From NCBI RefSeq assembly GCF_019510245.1, contig NZ_JAEKKT010000203.1:5639-69638 (forward strand): a stretch of 64,000 nt of DNA. The letters are read 5' to 3'. This DNA is from Streptomyces sp. GTDB lineage: Bacteria > Actinomycetota > Actinomycetes > Streptomycetales > Streptomycetaceae. Positions 49,037 through 59,661 of this stretch are shown here, in pieces. Positions within the stretch are counted from its first letter, which is position 1. Every line of letters starts with the position of its first letter. Below the pieces are notes generated by a model that was given only the letters and a program-made list of their open reading frames with translations, was not told the origin of the DNA and did not search any database. The translations under genes and the position numbers were made by a program.

Positions 49037-49612
49037 TCACAGAGCCGGGGCTCGGTCGTGCAGGATCCGCTGGAACAGCCGGCTGTCCCGCCATTCTCCA
49101 TTGATGTGCAGATACTGCGGAGCATCCCCGATCGTCTCGAACCCGCATTTCTTCAGCACGCGTTGGGACGTCGTGTTCTCGATCAGAGTGGACGCCTCGA
49201 TCCGGTGAAGTCCCACCATGTCCCTCGCGATCTCGCAGACCCGCTCCAGGGCGGCGGTGGCCAGACCGCGGCCCTGCTGATCACCGGCCACCCAATAGCC
49301 GACGTAGGAACTGCAGAAAGGGCCCAGGGAAATTCCGGAAAGAGTGATCGCCCCGACGATCCGGCCGTCCTCGGCCGACTCCATGAGCAAGGGGGCCACG
49401 AGGCCGTCGACAGCCTGTCCCAGCAGGCCTTCGATGCGTTCGGTCTGGCCCTCGACGGTGAAGAAGGAATCGGGTCTGACCGGTTCCCAGGGTTCGAGAT
49501 GGCCTCGGTTGCGGACGTATGCGGCGCACAGCGCTCCGGCATCGCCGACGGCAATGGGACGCAATATCACGCCCGGGATGAGCGGGCTTTCTTTAATCTT
49601 CCTGAGAATCAT
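49037..49612 (-). CDS. RimJ-like GNAT acetyltransferase
   Basis: PWEP, GYWV...QGRGLAT, LHRIEA, YLHINGEW.D. Confidence 0.88.
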   Translation of the reverse strand: MILRKIKESPLIPGVILRPIAVGDAGALCAAYVRNRGHLEPWEPVRPDSFFTVEGQTERIEGLLGQAVDGLVAPLLMESAEDGRIVGAITLSGISLGPFCSSYVGYWVAGDQQGRGLATAALERVCEIARDMVGLHRIEASTLIENTTSQRVLKKCGFETIGDAPQYLHINGEWRDSRLFQRILHDRAPAL

Positions 49613-49650
49613 GCGCGCACCCTAGCGCGGGTGTTATGCGGTTGCGACAG

Positions 49651-50100
49651 TCATGCCGAAAGCAGGGAAGGATCTTTCTTCCACTTGAGAATCTTGTCGA
49701 AGCTGACCACGGTGCCGCCCCGGCCCGGCTTGTTGCCGATGTGGACGTGGTCCGCGAGTTCCCTGATGAGACAGAGGCCTCTCCCGTTCTCGGCGTCGGG
49801 ACGGGCCGGCCTTATGTCCTGGGTACGGGCGAACCCCGGAGCGAGTCCCGGGCCCGAATCGGCCACTTCGATACGGCACTTCTCGCCGTCCAGGTAGGCG
49901 GTGACCCGGTACGCCTCCGAGGTGCGGCCGGCCCCTCCGTGCTCGACGGCGTTCGCACAGGCCTCGCTGAGGGCGACGGAGAGGTCGTAGGAGATGTCGG
50001 GGTCGACGCCCGCCGTCTCCATCGTGCCGATCAGCAGTCGGCGGGCGAGCGGCACGCTGGCGGCCTCACGCCGCAGATGGAGTGACCACCAGATGCTCAT
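49651..50100 (-). CDS. RsbW-like HATPase_c protein
   Basis: SEACANAVEH, DSGPG, ENGRGL. Confidence 0.88.
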   Translation of the reverse strand: MSIWWSLHLRREAASVPLARRLLIGTMETAGVDPDISYDLSVALSEACANAVEHGGAGRTSEAYRVTAYLDGEKCRIEVADSGPGLAPGFARTQDIRPARPDAENGRGLCLIRELADHVHIGNKPGRGGTVVSFDKILKWKKDPSLLSA

Positions 50101-50348
50101 GCTCCAGCCTCCTGGCTGCGGCTCGACATACCGATACCTATTGCCACCCGTGCCCGGGTGTAAGCACTCCGTTCATGTGAGAACGCCCATCCGGGGGATG
50201 CGCGGGTGGAGGTTTCGGTGTATGAGCGGGTGGTTCGCCACAAGGATGATCTTTCGGTCCTTCCTCACGATCACCGCCCTCGGGCGTCACGGAATCTTCT
50301 GGACCTGACGTCAAGCCGGCCCGGGGCCAGTGCGATGATGAGCGCGCC

Positions 50349-51206
50349 ATGACTGCCCCTCACCCGCGCACGGCGCGCACCGGAAGCGGACTGCGGCTCC
50401 TGCGGGCCGCGGTGTTCGCCGCGTTCTGCGTCGTGCTGGCCGCGGCGGGGCACACCCTGGCCTCCTGCGCGTCCGTTCCGCTGTGGACGCTCGGCGCGGG
50501 CTTCCTGGGCACGCTGGCGCTCGTCGCCCCGCTGACCGGCCGGACCCGTTCGCTGCCGGGGATCGTGGCGCTGCTCGCGGTGGTGCAGACCGTCCTCCAC
50601 ACGCTGTTCGGACTCGGCCAGCACGGTGGTGCCGCGATGTCGGGCTCGATGTCCGCCTCGTCCACGGCATCCATGTCGGCGATGTCCATGAGCGACGCCT
50701 CGCTGGTGGCGCGGGCCGCACGGCTGGTGTGCGGGGCCGGGGCGGCGCAGATCAGTCCCGCCCACGCGTACAAGATCCTCACGGACGCGCATCTCAGCAC
50801 CTCCGGGCCGGCCGCCGACACGAGCGGGGCGGCCCACGCCGCGGACGCCACCGGGGCCTCCGGCTCGCTGCTGCCCTCCGTGCCCATGCTGCTCGGACAC
50901 GTTCTCGCGGCCGTCGTGGCCGGGTGGCTGCTGCGCCGGGGCGACCTGGCGCTGCTGCGGCTGATCCGGTTGTCGGCCGATTCGGCGCACGGGGTCGCCG
51001 AAGGGGCGCTGATCCGGTCCCTGCGCGGGGCGCTCGCGCTGGCGCGCGCCCTGTGCGCCGGGCTCGTGGCCGTGCCCGAGGCGCCCACGGGTGGCCGTCG
51101 TCGTGCCTGGGACATACCGTCGGCCCCGCGCACCGTCGCACTCCAGCACTCCGTGATCCGGCGCGGACCGCCCGTGTCCGCCGCCGTACTCGTTCTCGCC
51201 GCCTGA
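50349..51206 (+). CDS. Membrane protein upstream of the copper operon
   Basis: His-bearing TM helices, Met/Ser-rich loop, C-terminal RRGPP. Confidence 0.75.
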   Translation: MTAPHPRTARTGSGLRLLRAAVFAAFCVVLAAAGHTLASCASVPLWTLGAGFLGTLALVAPLTGRTRSLPGIVALLAVVQTVLHTLFGLGQHGGAAMSGSMSASSTASMSAMSMSDASLVARAARLVCGAGAAQISPAHAYKILTDAHLSTSGPAADTSGAAHAADATGASGSLLPSVPMLLGHVLAAVVAGWLLRRGDLALLRLIRLSADSAHGVAEGALIRSLRGALALARALCAGLVAVPEAPTGGRRRAWDIPSAPRTVALQHSVIRRGPPVSAAVLVLAA

Positions 51207-51407
51207 CACGACGCGACCAGAGCACTCCCCGGGTCTGCCCGGATCCGGAGGGGCCTGCCGCCGTCGTGCGGCACGCGCGCGTGCGCTTTCCGACGGACCT
51301 TCCCGATGGCCCCTTTCGGGTTTCGACTTCGGGTCTTCGGCTTCGGGTTCCCGGTTTCCACGCGCCCCTCAACGACAGAACTCACTCGGAGTGGAGTGCT
51401 CCCTGCC

Positions 51408-52190
51408 ATGAAGGCTTCCGTCATGTCCGCCGTGTCCGCCTTGAAGGCCTCCCGTGCCGCCGCCGTCGCCGCCGTCGCGGGTACGGCCGTACTGGCCGTC
51501 TCCTCGCCCGCGTTCGCGCACGTCAGCGTGCAGCCTGAGGGCACCGCCGCCAAGGGCGGTTACGCGGTCATCGACTTCAAGGTCCCCAACGAACGCGACG
51601 ACGCCTCGACCACCAAGGTCGAGGTCAACTTCCCCGCCGACCACCCGATCGCGTCCGTGATGCCGCAGCCGATGGCCGGCTGGAAGATCGACGTCACCAA
51701 GTCCAAGCTGGCCAAGCCGCTGGAGATGCACGGCGAGAAGATCGACCAGGCGGTCACCAAGGTCACCTGGACCGCCGAGGACAAGGGCATCGAGCCGGGC
51801 TACTTCCAGAAGTTCCCGCTCTCCGTGGGCGCCCTGCCCGAGAACACCGACGAACTGGTCTTCAAGGCGGTCCAGACGTACTCCAACAAGGAGGTCGTCC
51901 GCTGGATCGAGGTCCAGCAGGAGGGCCATGACGAGCCGGAGAACCCGGCCCCGGTCCTCGCGCTGTCCGCCGCCACCGGCGACCACCACGGGTCCGCCAC
52001 GGCCGAGGACACGGCCGAGGAGACCTCGGCCAAGACCGAGACCACCGCCTCCGACGACTCCGGCCCCGCCGACGGTACCGACACCACCGCCCGCGTCCTC
52101 GGCGTCGTCGGCATCGTCGTCGGCGCGGCCGGGGTCGCCTACGGCGTCCTCGCCGGCCGTCGCCGGTCCACCACCGGCACCGAGGCCTGA
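51408..52190 (+). CDS. YcnI-family copper-binding membrane protein
   Basis: AFA|HVSV, VPNE, VVRWIE, PAP, C-terminal TM. Confidence 0.88.
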   Translation: MKASVMSAVSALKASRAAAVAAVAGTAVLAVSSPAFAHVSVQPEGTAAKGGYAVIDFKVPNERDDASTTKVEVNFPADHPIASVMPQPMAGWKIDVTKSKLAKPLEMHGEKIDQAVTKVTWTAEDKGIEPGYFQKFPLSVGALPENTDELVFKAVQTYSNKEVVRWIEVQQEGHDEPENPAPVLALSAATGDHHGSATAEDTAEETSAKTETTASDDSGPADGTDTTARVLGVVGIVVGAAGVAYGVLAGRRRSTTGTEA

Positions 52191-52303
52191 GTTCCGCGTC
52201 CGTGACGCGCACATGGGGCCGTGCGACGCCCGCACAGCTGTCGTACGGCTGTCGTCCGGCCCCCCGGTGCGCGCCGGATCTCTCACATCTGGGACATTTT
52301 CGT

Positions 52304-52957
52304 ATGCGCAAGAAGACGTTCGCCGCGGCCGCGCTGCTCGCCGCCGCCACCCTGACCCTCTCCGCCTGCGGCAGCGGCGACGACGCGAAGTCACCCGTCA
52401 CCGTGGTCGCCGGGGACACCTCGAACAAGGCCGCGACCATCCTGGACACGCCGTTCGAGAAGCCGGACCTGGTGCTCACCGACACCCAGGGCAAGAAGTA
52501 CGACCTGCGCGCGGAGACCAAGGGCAGGCCGACGCTGATCTACTTCGGCTACACGCACTGCCCCGACGTCTGCCCGCTGACCATGAACAACCTCGCGGTC
52601 GCCAAGAAGGCACTGTCCAAGGCCGACCAGGCGAAGCTGCGGGTCGTGTTCGTCACCACCGACCCGGCCCGCGACACCCCGTCCGAGCTCGGCAAGTGGC
52701 TCAAGGGCATCGACCCGAGCTTCGTCGGGCTGACCGGCGACTTCGCCACCATCCAGGCCGGCGCCCGTACCCTCGGCATCTCCATCGAGCCGACCCACAA
52801 GGACAAGAAGACCGGCAAGGTCGTCTCGGTGCACGGCACCCAGGTCATCGCGTTCTCGCCGAAGACCGACGGCGGATACGTCCTCTACGGCGAGGACGCC
52901 ACCGTCGACGACTACACCAAGGACCTCCCCAAGCTGATCAAGGGGGAGAACCCGTGA
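52304..52957 (+). CDS. sco: SCO1/SenC copper chaperone lipoprotein
   Basis: LSAC lipobox, FGYTHCPDVCP, DPARD, distal His. Confidence 0.92.
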   Translation: MRKKTFAAAALLAAATLTLSACGSGDDAKSPVTVVAGDTSNKAATILDTPFEKPDLVLTDTQGKKYDLRAETKGRPTLIYFGYTHCPDVCPLTMNNLAVAKKALSKADQAKLRVVFVTTDPARDTPSELGKWLKGIDPSFVGLTGDFATIQAGARTLGISIEPTHKDKKTGKVVSVHGTQVIAFSPKTDGGYVLYGEDATVDDYTKDLPKLIKGENP

Positions 52958-53442
52958 AATCCAGGAAGCCCGGCAGGCACCTCGCGCTGACCGGGATAGC
53001 GATCACGGGAGCCGTCGCCCTCGCGGGCTGCGGCGGCCCGGGTTCCCCGGGGGCCTCGGGCTCCTCGGGGGCCGAGCTGTCCGTCGGCGCCTCCTACATG
53101 CCCCAGCCGGTCTCCGCCGACATGGCCGCCGGGTTCCTGACGATCACCAACAGGGGCGGCACGAAGGACGAGCTGACCTCGGTCACCAGCGACTCCGCCG
53201 GTGAGATCACCATGCACGAGACCAACGGCGGGGCGATGGAGGAGGTCACCTCCTTCGAGGTGCCCGCCCACGGTCAACTCGTGTTCAAAAGTGGTGGCAA
53301 CCATCTGATGTTCGAGAAGCTGAAGCGCCGCCCGGAACAGGGCGACACGATCACCCTGAAACTCAAGTTCGCCGAATCCGGTCCGCTCACCGTCGAGATG
53401 CCGGTGAAGTCCGCCACGTACAACCCGTCGACCGGACACTGA
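52954..53442 (+). CDS. PCu(A)C copper chaperone lipoprotein
   Basis: LAGC lipobox, MHET...M, GGNHLM. Confidence 0.88.
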   Translation: MKSRKPGRHLALTGIAITGAVALAGCGGPGSPGASGSSGAELSVGASYMPQPVSADMAAGFLTITNRGGTKDELTSVTSDSAGEITMHETNGGAMEEVTSFEVPAHGQLVFKSGGNHLMFEKLKRRPEQGDTITLKLKFAESGPLTVEMPVKSATYNPSTGH

Positions 53443-53455
53443 GGGAGGACCGACC

Positions 53456-55462
53456 TTGACGCGGACCATCACCCCCCGCCTGCGCACCCTGGTGCTGCTG
53501 TTCCTCGCCGTCACCGGCGCGCTGCTGGCCGGCGCCGGGCCGGCCTCGGCGCACGCGGCGCTGACCGGCAGCGACCCCTCCCAGGGGGTGGTGGTCACCA
53601 AGGCGCCCGACCAGGTCTCGCTCACGTTCTCCGAGAACGTGTCGATGAACAACGACTCGATCCGGGTCCTCGACCCCAAGGGCAAGCGGGTCGACCTGGC
53701 CAAGCCGGACAACCTGAGCGGCACGACCTACGGCGTGCAGCTCAAGAGCGGACTGGGCAAGGGCACGTACACCGTCGCCTGGCAGGTCGTCTCCGCGGAC
53801 AGCCATCCCGTCGCCGGCGCCTTCACCTTCTCCGTCGGCGCGCCCTCCAGGACCGTCGCCTCGGTCGGGGACCAGGAGGCGGGCGGCGGGGTCGTCGGCT
53901 GGCTCTACGGCTTCGGGCGGTACATGTCGTACGCCGGGTACATCGTGCTCGTCGGCGGCGCGGCCTTCGTCCTCGCCTGCTGGCAGCGCGGCTCCGGGGT
54001 GCGGGCCATGCAACGCCTGGTCGTCGGCGGGTGGCTGACGCTCACCGCCGCGACGCTCTGGCTGCTGCTCCTGCGCGGCTCGTACACGACCTCCGGCAGC
54101 GTCGGCGACATCTTCGACCTGAACCTCCTCGGCCAGGTGCTGCAGACCAAGACCGGCGCGGCCCTGGTATCCCGGCTGCTGCTGCTCGCGGCGGCCGCAC
54201 TGTTCATCGCCGTCCTCTTCGGCGCCTATGACAAGCGGGAGGACGAGGAGAAGCGCGACCTGACCTTCGGGCTCGCCATCGGCGGGACCGTCGTGGCCGC
54301 CGGGCTCGCGGCGAGCTGGGCCATGGCCGAGCACGCCTCCACCGGACTTCAGCCGGGCATCGCGATGCCGGTCGACGTCATCCACCTGCTCGCCGTCGCC
54401 GCCTGGCTCGGCGGCCTCACCGCACTGCTGGTCGCCCTCTACCGGGCGCCCGCCGACACCCCGGTCGAGTCCACCGCCGTACGACGCTTCTCCCGCGTCG
54501 CCTTCGGGTCGGTGCTCGCGCTGGTCGCCACCGGCATCTACCAGTCCTGGCGCCAGCTCGGCTCCTGGTCGGCGTTCACCGACACGGCCTACGGCGAGCT
54601 GCTGCTGGTCAAGATCGGGCTGGTGGCGCTGCTCGTGGGTATCGCGTCCATCTCGCGACGGTGGACGGGGCGGCTCGCGGATGCGGCGGTGACCGAGCCG
54701 GAGACGGCCGAAGAGGCGCAGCAGGAAGCAGCGGAGGAGGAAGCGGCGCAGGAGAAGGAGACGGTCAAGGCGTCCGCCGCCACGAAGGAGGCCTCCGTCC
54801 ACGCCGCCGAGTCCGGCTCCGGTGTCTCCGCTGTCTCCGGCGGCTCCGAGAAGACCACGTCCGCGGGCGACGACCCCGAGCGCGCCGCCCAGCTCGCCCG
54901 GCAGCAGTCCGCCATGGACACGGCTCGGCAGAAGCGGCTCCGGGACTCCGACCCGCACCGCTTCGGCCTGCGCCGCTCGGTGCTGGCCGAGGCCGGGGTC
55001 GCCGTCGCCCTGCTCGCGGTCACGACCGTGCTGACGCAGACCGAGCCCGGCCGTACCGAGCAGGACGCCAAGGCCGCCACCGCGGCTTCCTCGTCCTCCT
55101 CCACGTCGAGCTCGTCCTCGGGCGCGCTGACCCTCGACATGTCCTTCGACACCGGCGGCAAGGACGGCAAGGGCGTCGTCCGCGTCGACCTGGACCCGGC
55201 GGCGGTGGGCAGCAACGAGATGCACGTCTACGTCCAGCGGCCCAACGGCCGGGCCTTCGACATCCCCGAGGTGAAGGTCGCCTTCACCCTCGACGCCAAG
55301 AAACTCGGGCCGATTCCGGTGAACCCCGACCACATCACCACCGGGCACTGGGCGGCCAACGGGGTGCAGATCCCCATCGCCGGCGACTGGAAGGTCTCCG
55401 TCACCGTACGGACCTCCGACATCGACCAGGTGACCGTCTCCAAGAACGCGCAGATCGGCTGA
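53456..55462 (+). CDS. CopC/CopD fused copper transport protein
   Basis: ASA|HAAL..SDP, SADSHPV, HLLA...WLGG, RFS, YG.LL..K. Confidence 0.9.
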   Translation: MTRTITPRLRTLVLLFLAVTGALLAGAGPASAHAALTGSDPSQGVVVTKAPDQVSLTFSENVSMNNDSIRVLDPKGKRVDLAKPDNLSGTTYGVQLKSGLGKGTYTVAWQVVSADSHPVAGAFTFSVGAPSRTVASVGDQEAGGGVVGWLYGFGRYMSYAGYIVLVGGAAFVLACWQRGSGVRAMQRLVVGGWLTLTAATLWLLLLRGSYTTSGSVGDIFDLNLLGQVLQTKTGAALVSRLLLLAAAALFIAVLFGAYDKREDEEKRDLTFGLAIGGTVVAAGLAASWAMAEHASTGLQPGIAMPVDVIHLLAVAAWLGGLTALLVALYRAPADTPVESTAVRRFSRVAFGSVLALVATGIYQSWRQLGSWSAFTDTAYGELLLVKIGLVALLVGIASISRRWTGRLADAAVTEPETAEEAQQEAAEEEAAQEKETVKASAATKEASVHAAESGSGVSAVSGGSEKTTSAGDDPERAAQLARQQSAMDTARQKRLRDSDPHRFGLRRSVLAEAGVAVALLAVTTVLTQTEPGRTEQDAKAATAASSSSSTSSSSSGALTLDMSFDTGGKDGKGVVRVDLDPAAVGSNEMHVYVQRPNGRAFDIPEVKVAFTLDAKKLGPIPVNPDHITTGHWAANGVQIPIAGDWKVSVTVRTSDIDQVTVSKNAQIG

Positions 55463-55470
55463 ACCGCACC

Positions 55471-56751
55471 ATGCCCGAACAGTCCCAGTCCGTCACCGAG
55501 GCCCCGACCGCAGCCGCCGAGGCGCCCCCGGCCGGGGGCGTCAGCCGGCGCGCGCTGCTCGGCACCGCCGGGGCCGCCGGGCTCGTACTCGGCGCGGCGG
55601 GCGCGGGTGTCGGCTACGCGGCCGCCCCCGCCCAGGCCACCCCGCTCAGCTCGGTGGGCTCCGACCGGGCGATGTTTCACGGGAAACATCAGCCGGGGAT
55701 CACCGAGGGCCTCCAGGCACGCGGCCATCTCGTCGCCTTCGACCTGGCGGCGGGCGCGGGCCGCAGTGAGGCCGCCGCGCTGCTGCGCCGCTGGTCCACG
55801 ACGGCCGAGCGGTTGATGGCGGGCGAGCCGATGACACAGGACGACACGGACGTTGCCCGGGACGCGGGTCCCTCGGCGCTGACGGTCACCTTCGGCTTCG
55901 GCAACAGCTTCTTCGCCCGTACCGGACTGGAGAAGCAGCGGCCCTCCGCGCTGGACCCGCTGCCCGACTTCTCCTCCGACCACCTCGACAGGTCACGCAG
56001 CAACGGCGACCTGTGGGTGCAGATCGGCGCCGACGACGCCCTGGTCGCCTTCCACGCCCTGCGGGCGATCCAGAAGGACGCGGGCGGCGCGGCGAAGGTC
56101 CGCTGGCAGATGAACGGCTTCAACCGCACCCCGGGCGCCACCGCGCACCCCATGACGGCCCGCAACCTGATGGGCCAGCTGGACGGCACGCGCAACCCGA
56201 AACCGACGGACTCGGACTTCGACCAGCGGATCTTCGTACCGGCGAGCGGTTCGAGCGACCCCGCGTGGATGGCCAACGGCTCCTACGCCGTCGTACGCCG
56301 GATCCGCATGCTCCTCGACGACTGGGAGAAGCTGTCGCTCACGGCCCAGGAGAACGTGATCGGGCGGAAGAAGTCGAACGGGGCGCCGCTGACCGGGGGC
56401 ACCGAGACGACGGCGATGGACCTGGACAAGGCCAAGGCGGACGGGGAGTACGTCGTTCCGGTCAACGCCCATGCCCGGATCACCCGGCCCGACCAGAACG
56501 GGGGTGCGGCCATCCTGCGGCGCCCGTTCTCGTACCACGACGGCATCGAGGCGGACGGGACACCGGACGCGGGTCTGCTCTTCGTCTGCTGGCAGGCGGA
56601 TCCGCTGCGTGGATTCGTGCCGCTGCAGCGGAAGCTGGACCGCGGGGACGCGTTGTCGCAGTACATCCGGCACGAGGCGAGCGGCCTGTTCGCGGTGCCG
56701 GGCGGTGCGGCCGCCGGGGAGTATGTGGGGCAGCGGCTGCTGGAGAGCTGA
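55471..56751 (+). CDS. dtpA: Tat-exported DyP-type peroxidase
   Basis: SRRALL, HQPGI, GQLDGT.N, AHARI, ILRRPFSY; last gene of the sco operon. Confidence 0.88.
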   Translation: MPEQSQSVTEAPTAAAEAPPAGGVSRRALLGTAGAAGLVLGAAGAGVGYAAAPAQATPLSSVGSDRAMFHGKHQPGITEGLQARGHLVAFDLAAGAGRSEAAALLRRWSTTAERLMAGEPMTQDDTDVARDAGPSALTVTFGFGNSFFARTGLEKQRPSALDPLPDFSSDHLDRSRSNGDLWVQIGADDALVAFHALRAIQKDAGGAAKVRWQMNGFNRTPGATAHPMTARNLMGQLDGTRNPKPTDSDFDQRIFVPASGSSDPAWMANGSYAVVRRIRMLLDDWEKLSLTAQENVIGRKKSNGAPLTGGTETTAMDLDKAKADGEYVVPVNAHARITRPDQNGGAAILRRPFSYHDGIEADGTPDAGLLFVCWQADPLRGFVPLQRKLDRGDALSQYIRHEASGLFAVPGGAAAGEYVGQRLLES

Positions 56752-56917
56752 CAACCGGGTGAGATCCACGCGCTCTTTTTGCGCTCTCCATACGATCCCG
56801 GTTACCGCAGTGGTTTCTGATCACTATTGGTGCGTTTCCGGGTTTCAAACCACCCGGTCGAGTGGATCCGATGAGACAAGTGAACCGTGGCTCTCTGCGC
56901 CCATTAGGGTGAGGGAC

Positions 56918-57853
56918 ATGCCAGCGAGCTATGCGTATCTCGGCCCTGAAGGCACCTTCACCGAAGTCGCCCTGCGCACCCTTCCGGAGACGGCCACCCG
57001 GGAGCTCGTCCCGTACGTCTCCGTGCAGTCCGCACTGGACGCCGTGCGGGGCGGCGAGGCCGAGGCCGCGTTCGTGCCGATCGAGAACTCCGTCGAGGGC
57101 GGCATCACCACGACCCTGGACGAGCTGGTCGCGGGCGAGCCGCTGATGATCTACCGCGAGGTGCTGCTGTCGATCACCTTCGCGCTGCTGGTCCGGCCGG
57201 GCACCAAGCTCTCCGACATCAAGACGGTCACCGCCCACCCGGCCGCCCAGCCGCAGGTGCGCAACTGGCTGCGGGCCCACCTCCCGGAGGCCGTCTGGGA
57301 GTCCGCCGCCTCGAACGCGGACGGCGCCCGCCTGGTCCAGGAGGGCCGTTACGACGCCGCCTTCGCCGGCGAGTTCGCGGCCGCACGCTACGGCCTGGAG
57401 GCCCTGGAGACCGAGATCCACGACGCGGAGAACGCGCAGACCCGGTTCGTCCTGGTCGGCCGCCCGGCCCGGCCCGCGGCCCCGACCGGAGCGGACAAGA
57501 CCTCGGTCGTGCTCTGGCAGAACGACGACCATCCCGGCGGGCTGCGCGACCTGCTCGGCGAGTTCGCCACCCGGGGGATCAACCTCATGCTGCTGCAGTC
57601 CCGGCCGACCGGCGCCGGCATCGGCAACTACTGCTTCTGCATCGACGCCGAGGGCCACATCTCCGACCGGCGGGTGGCGGAGGCCCTGATGGGGCTGAAG
57701 CGGATCTGCCGCCAGGTGCGGTTCCTGGGTTCCTACCCGCGGGCGGACGTCAGGCCGGGCGAGACCGTGAGGCCCACCCTTCCGGGGACGTCGGACGAGG
57801 AGTTCGTGGCGGCCTCGGACTGGGTGGCACGCTGCCAGGACGGCCGCTTCTAG
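56918..57853 (+). CDS. pheA: Prephenate dehydratase
   Basis: YLGPEGTFT, PIENSVEG, TRFVL, QSRP, LGSYP. Confidence 0.95.
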   Translation: MPASYAYLGPEGTFTEVALRTLPETATRELVPYVSVQSALDAVRGGEAEAAFVPIENSVEGGITTTLDELVAGEPLMIYREVLLSITFALLVRPGTKLSDIKTVTAHPAAQPQVRNWLRAHLPEAVWESAASNADGARLVQEGRYDAAFAGEFAAARYGLEALETEIHDAENAQTRFVLVGRPARPAAPTGADKTSVVLWQNDDHPGGLRDLLGEFATRGINLMLLQSRPTGAGIGNYCFCIDAEGHISDRRVAEALMGLKRICRQVRFLGSYPRADVRPGETVRPTLPGTSDEEFVAASDWVARCQDGRF

Positions 57854-57876
57854 CCGGTCGTACCCTCATATCTTCG

Positions 57877-58243
57877 TTATCCACAGGGGTTATCCACAGG
57901 TGCCCATCTCGACCTGGGGACAAGTCGACAGTGGCGCATGAGTCTGTCGACAAATCGCCCTACAGACCGTCGGCGCGGCCCCGCCCGCCCACATCACCCT
58001 TCGTCCACTCGTTTCCCATGGTTCATCTTTTGGAGCGATCCCTTTCCACTCGAAAGAGGGTGTTGCCCCGGTTTGGTGCGGGAATTCCTCTCCGCATGCA
58101 CCACTGGCAGAGTGATCAATTCCGAAGTCCACAACTCTTCCACACACCCTGTGGATAACTTCCGGGAGGGCGTGGATTCCTGTGGACAACCACACCTCCA
58201 AGTCCCGCCCTCCACAAGGGGATCCGGTCAACTGCGGTCCACA
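57877..58243. promoter_or_regulatory. Cluster of DnaA boxes (datA-like)
   Basis: TTATCCACA at 57877 and 57890, TGTGGATAA at 58150, TGTGGACAA at 58181, plus several near-matches. Confidence 0.85.
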
Positions 58244-58383
58244 GGCGTGCCCCGTCTCGGGGAGTGAGACACTTTATATTGACACGCTCGGCAATTCCCC
58301 CATAACGGAACGTAAGCCACGATTCGGAACGCGTCTCCATAGTGATTCGTGGGGGGCAACCCCGCACCGGTAGCCTTGGCTCC

Positions 58384-59661
58384 GTGATTGACCTTCGCCT
58401 GCTCCGTGAGGACCCCGACCGTGTGCGCGCGTCCCAGCGCGCCCGTGGAGAGGACGTCGCGCTCGTCGACGCCCTCCTCTCTGCCGACGAGCGGCGCAGG
58501 TCCTCCGGCGTCCGCTTCGACGAGCTGCGCAACGAACAGAAGCAGCTCGGCAAGCTCATCCCCAAGGCTTCCGCCGACGAGAAGGCCGAGCTGCTGAAGA
58601 AGGCCGAACAGCTCAAGGCCGACGTCAAGAGCGCCGACGCCGAACGCGACGCGGCCGACGCCGAGACCCAGGAGCTGCTGCTCAGGCTCGGCAACCTCGT
58701 CCACCCCGACGTGCCCGTGGGAGGCGAGGAAGGCTTCGTCACCCTGGAGGAGCACGGCACGATCCGCGACTTCGGCGCCGAGGGCTTCGAGCCCAAGGAC
58801 CACCTGGAGCTGGGCCAGCTGCTCGGCGCGATCGACGTCGAGCGCGGCGCCAAGGTCTCCGGCTCCCGCTTCTACTTCCTGACCGGTGTCGGCGCCCTCC
58901 TGGAGCTGGCGCTCGTCAACGCGGCGATCGCGCAGGCCACCGAGGCCGGCTTCACGCCGATGCTGACCCCGGCGCTGGTCCGCCCGCAGTCCATGGCGGG
59001 CACCGGCTTCCTCGGCCAGGCGGCCCAGGACGTCTACCACCTCGACAAGGACGACCTCTACCTGGTCGGCACGTCCGAGGTCCCGCTCGCCGCGTACCAC
59101 ATGGACGAGATCATCGAAGCGGACCGGCTGCCCCTCCGTTACGCCGGTTTCTCGCCCTGCTTCCGCCGCGAGGCCGGCTCGCACGGCAAGGACACCAAGG
59201 GCATCTTCCGCGTCCACCAGTTCGACAAGGTGGAGATGTTCTCCTACGTCGCCCCCGAAGACTCGGAGGCGGAGCACCAGCGTCTGCTGGCCTGGGAGAA
59301 GCAGTGGCTGACCTCGCTGGAGCTGCCGTTCCGGGTGATCGACGTCGCGACCGGTGACCTCGGCGCCTCGGCCGCCCGCAAGTTCGACTGCGAGGCGTGG
59401 ATCCCGACGCAGGGCAAGTACCGCGAGCTGACCTCGACGTCGGACTGCACCGAGTTCCAGTCCCGCCGCCTGTCCATCCGGGTCCGCGACGGCAAGCAGG
59501 TCAAGCCGCTGGCCACGCTCAACGGCACGCTGTGCGCCGTACCGCGCACCATCGTGGCGATCCTGGAGAACCACCAGCAGGCCGACGGTTCGGTGTACGT
59601 GCCCGAGGTGCTGCGCCCGTACCTGGGCGGCCGGGAGGTTCTGGAGCCGGTGTCCCGGTGA
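58384..59661 (+). CDS. serS: Serine--tRNA ligase
   Basis: [33 protein letters not shown]. Confidence 0.97.
   Translation: MIDLRLLREDPDRVRASQRARGEDVALVDALLSADERRRSSGVRFDELRNEQKQLGKLIPKASADEKAELLKKAEQLKADVKSADAERDAADAETQELLLRLGNLVHPDVPVGGEEGFVTLEEHGTIRDFGAEGFEPKDHLELGQLLGAIDVERGAKVSGSRFYFLTGVGALLELALVNAAIAQATEAGFTPMLTPALVRPQSMAGTGFLGQAAQDVYHLDKDDLYLVGTSEVPLAAYHMDEIIEADRLPLRYAGFSPCFRREAGSHGKDTKGIFRVHQFDKVEMFSYVAPEDSEAEHQRLLAWEKQWLTSLELPFRVIDVATGDLGASAARKFDCEAWIPTQGKYRELTSTSDCTEFQSRRLSIRVRDGKQVKPLATLNGTLCAVPRTIVAILENHQQADGSVYVPEVLRPYLGGREVLEPVSR

Noticed and set aside
57877-58243. Chromosomal origin oriC
   Set aside because: Not flanked by dnaA/dnaN and fewer boxes than a Streptomyces origin.
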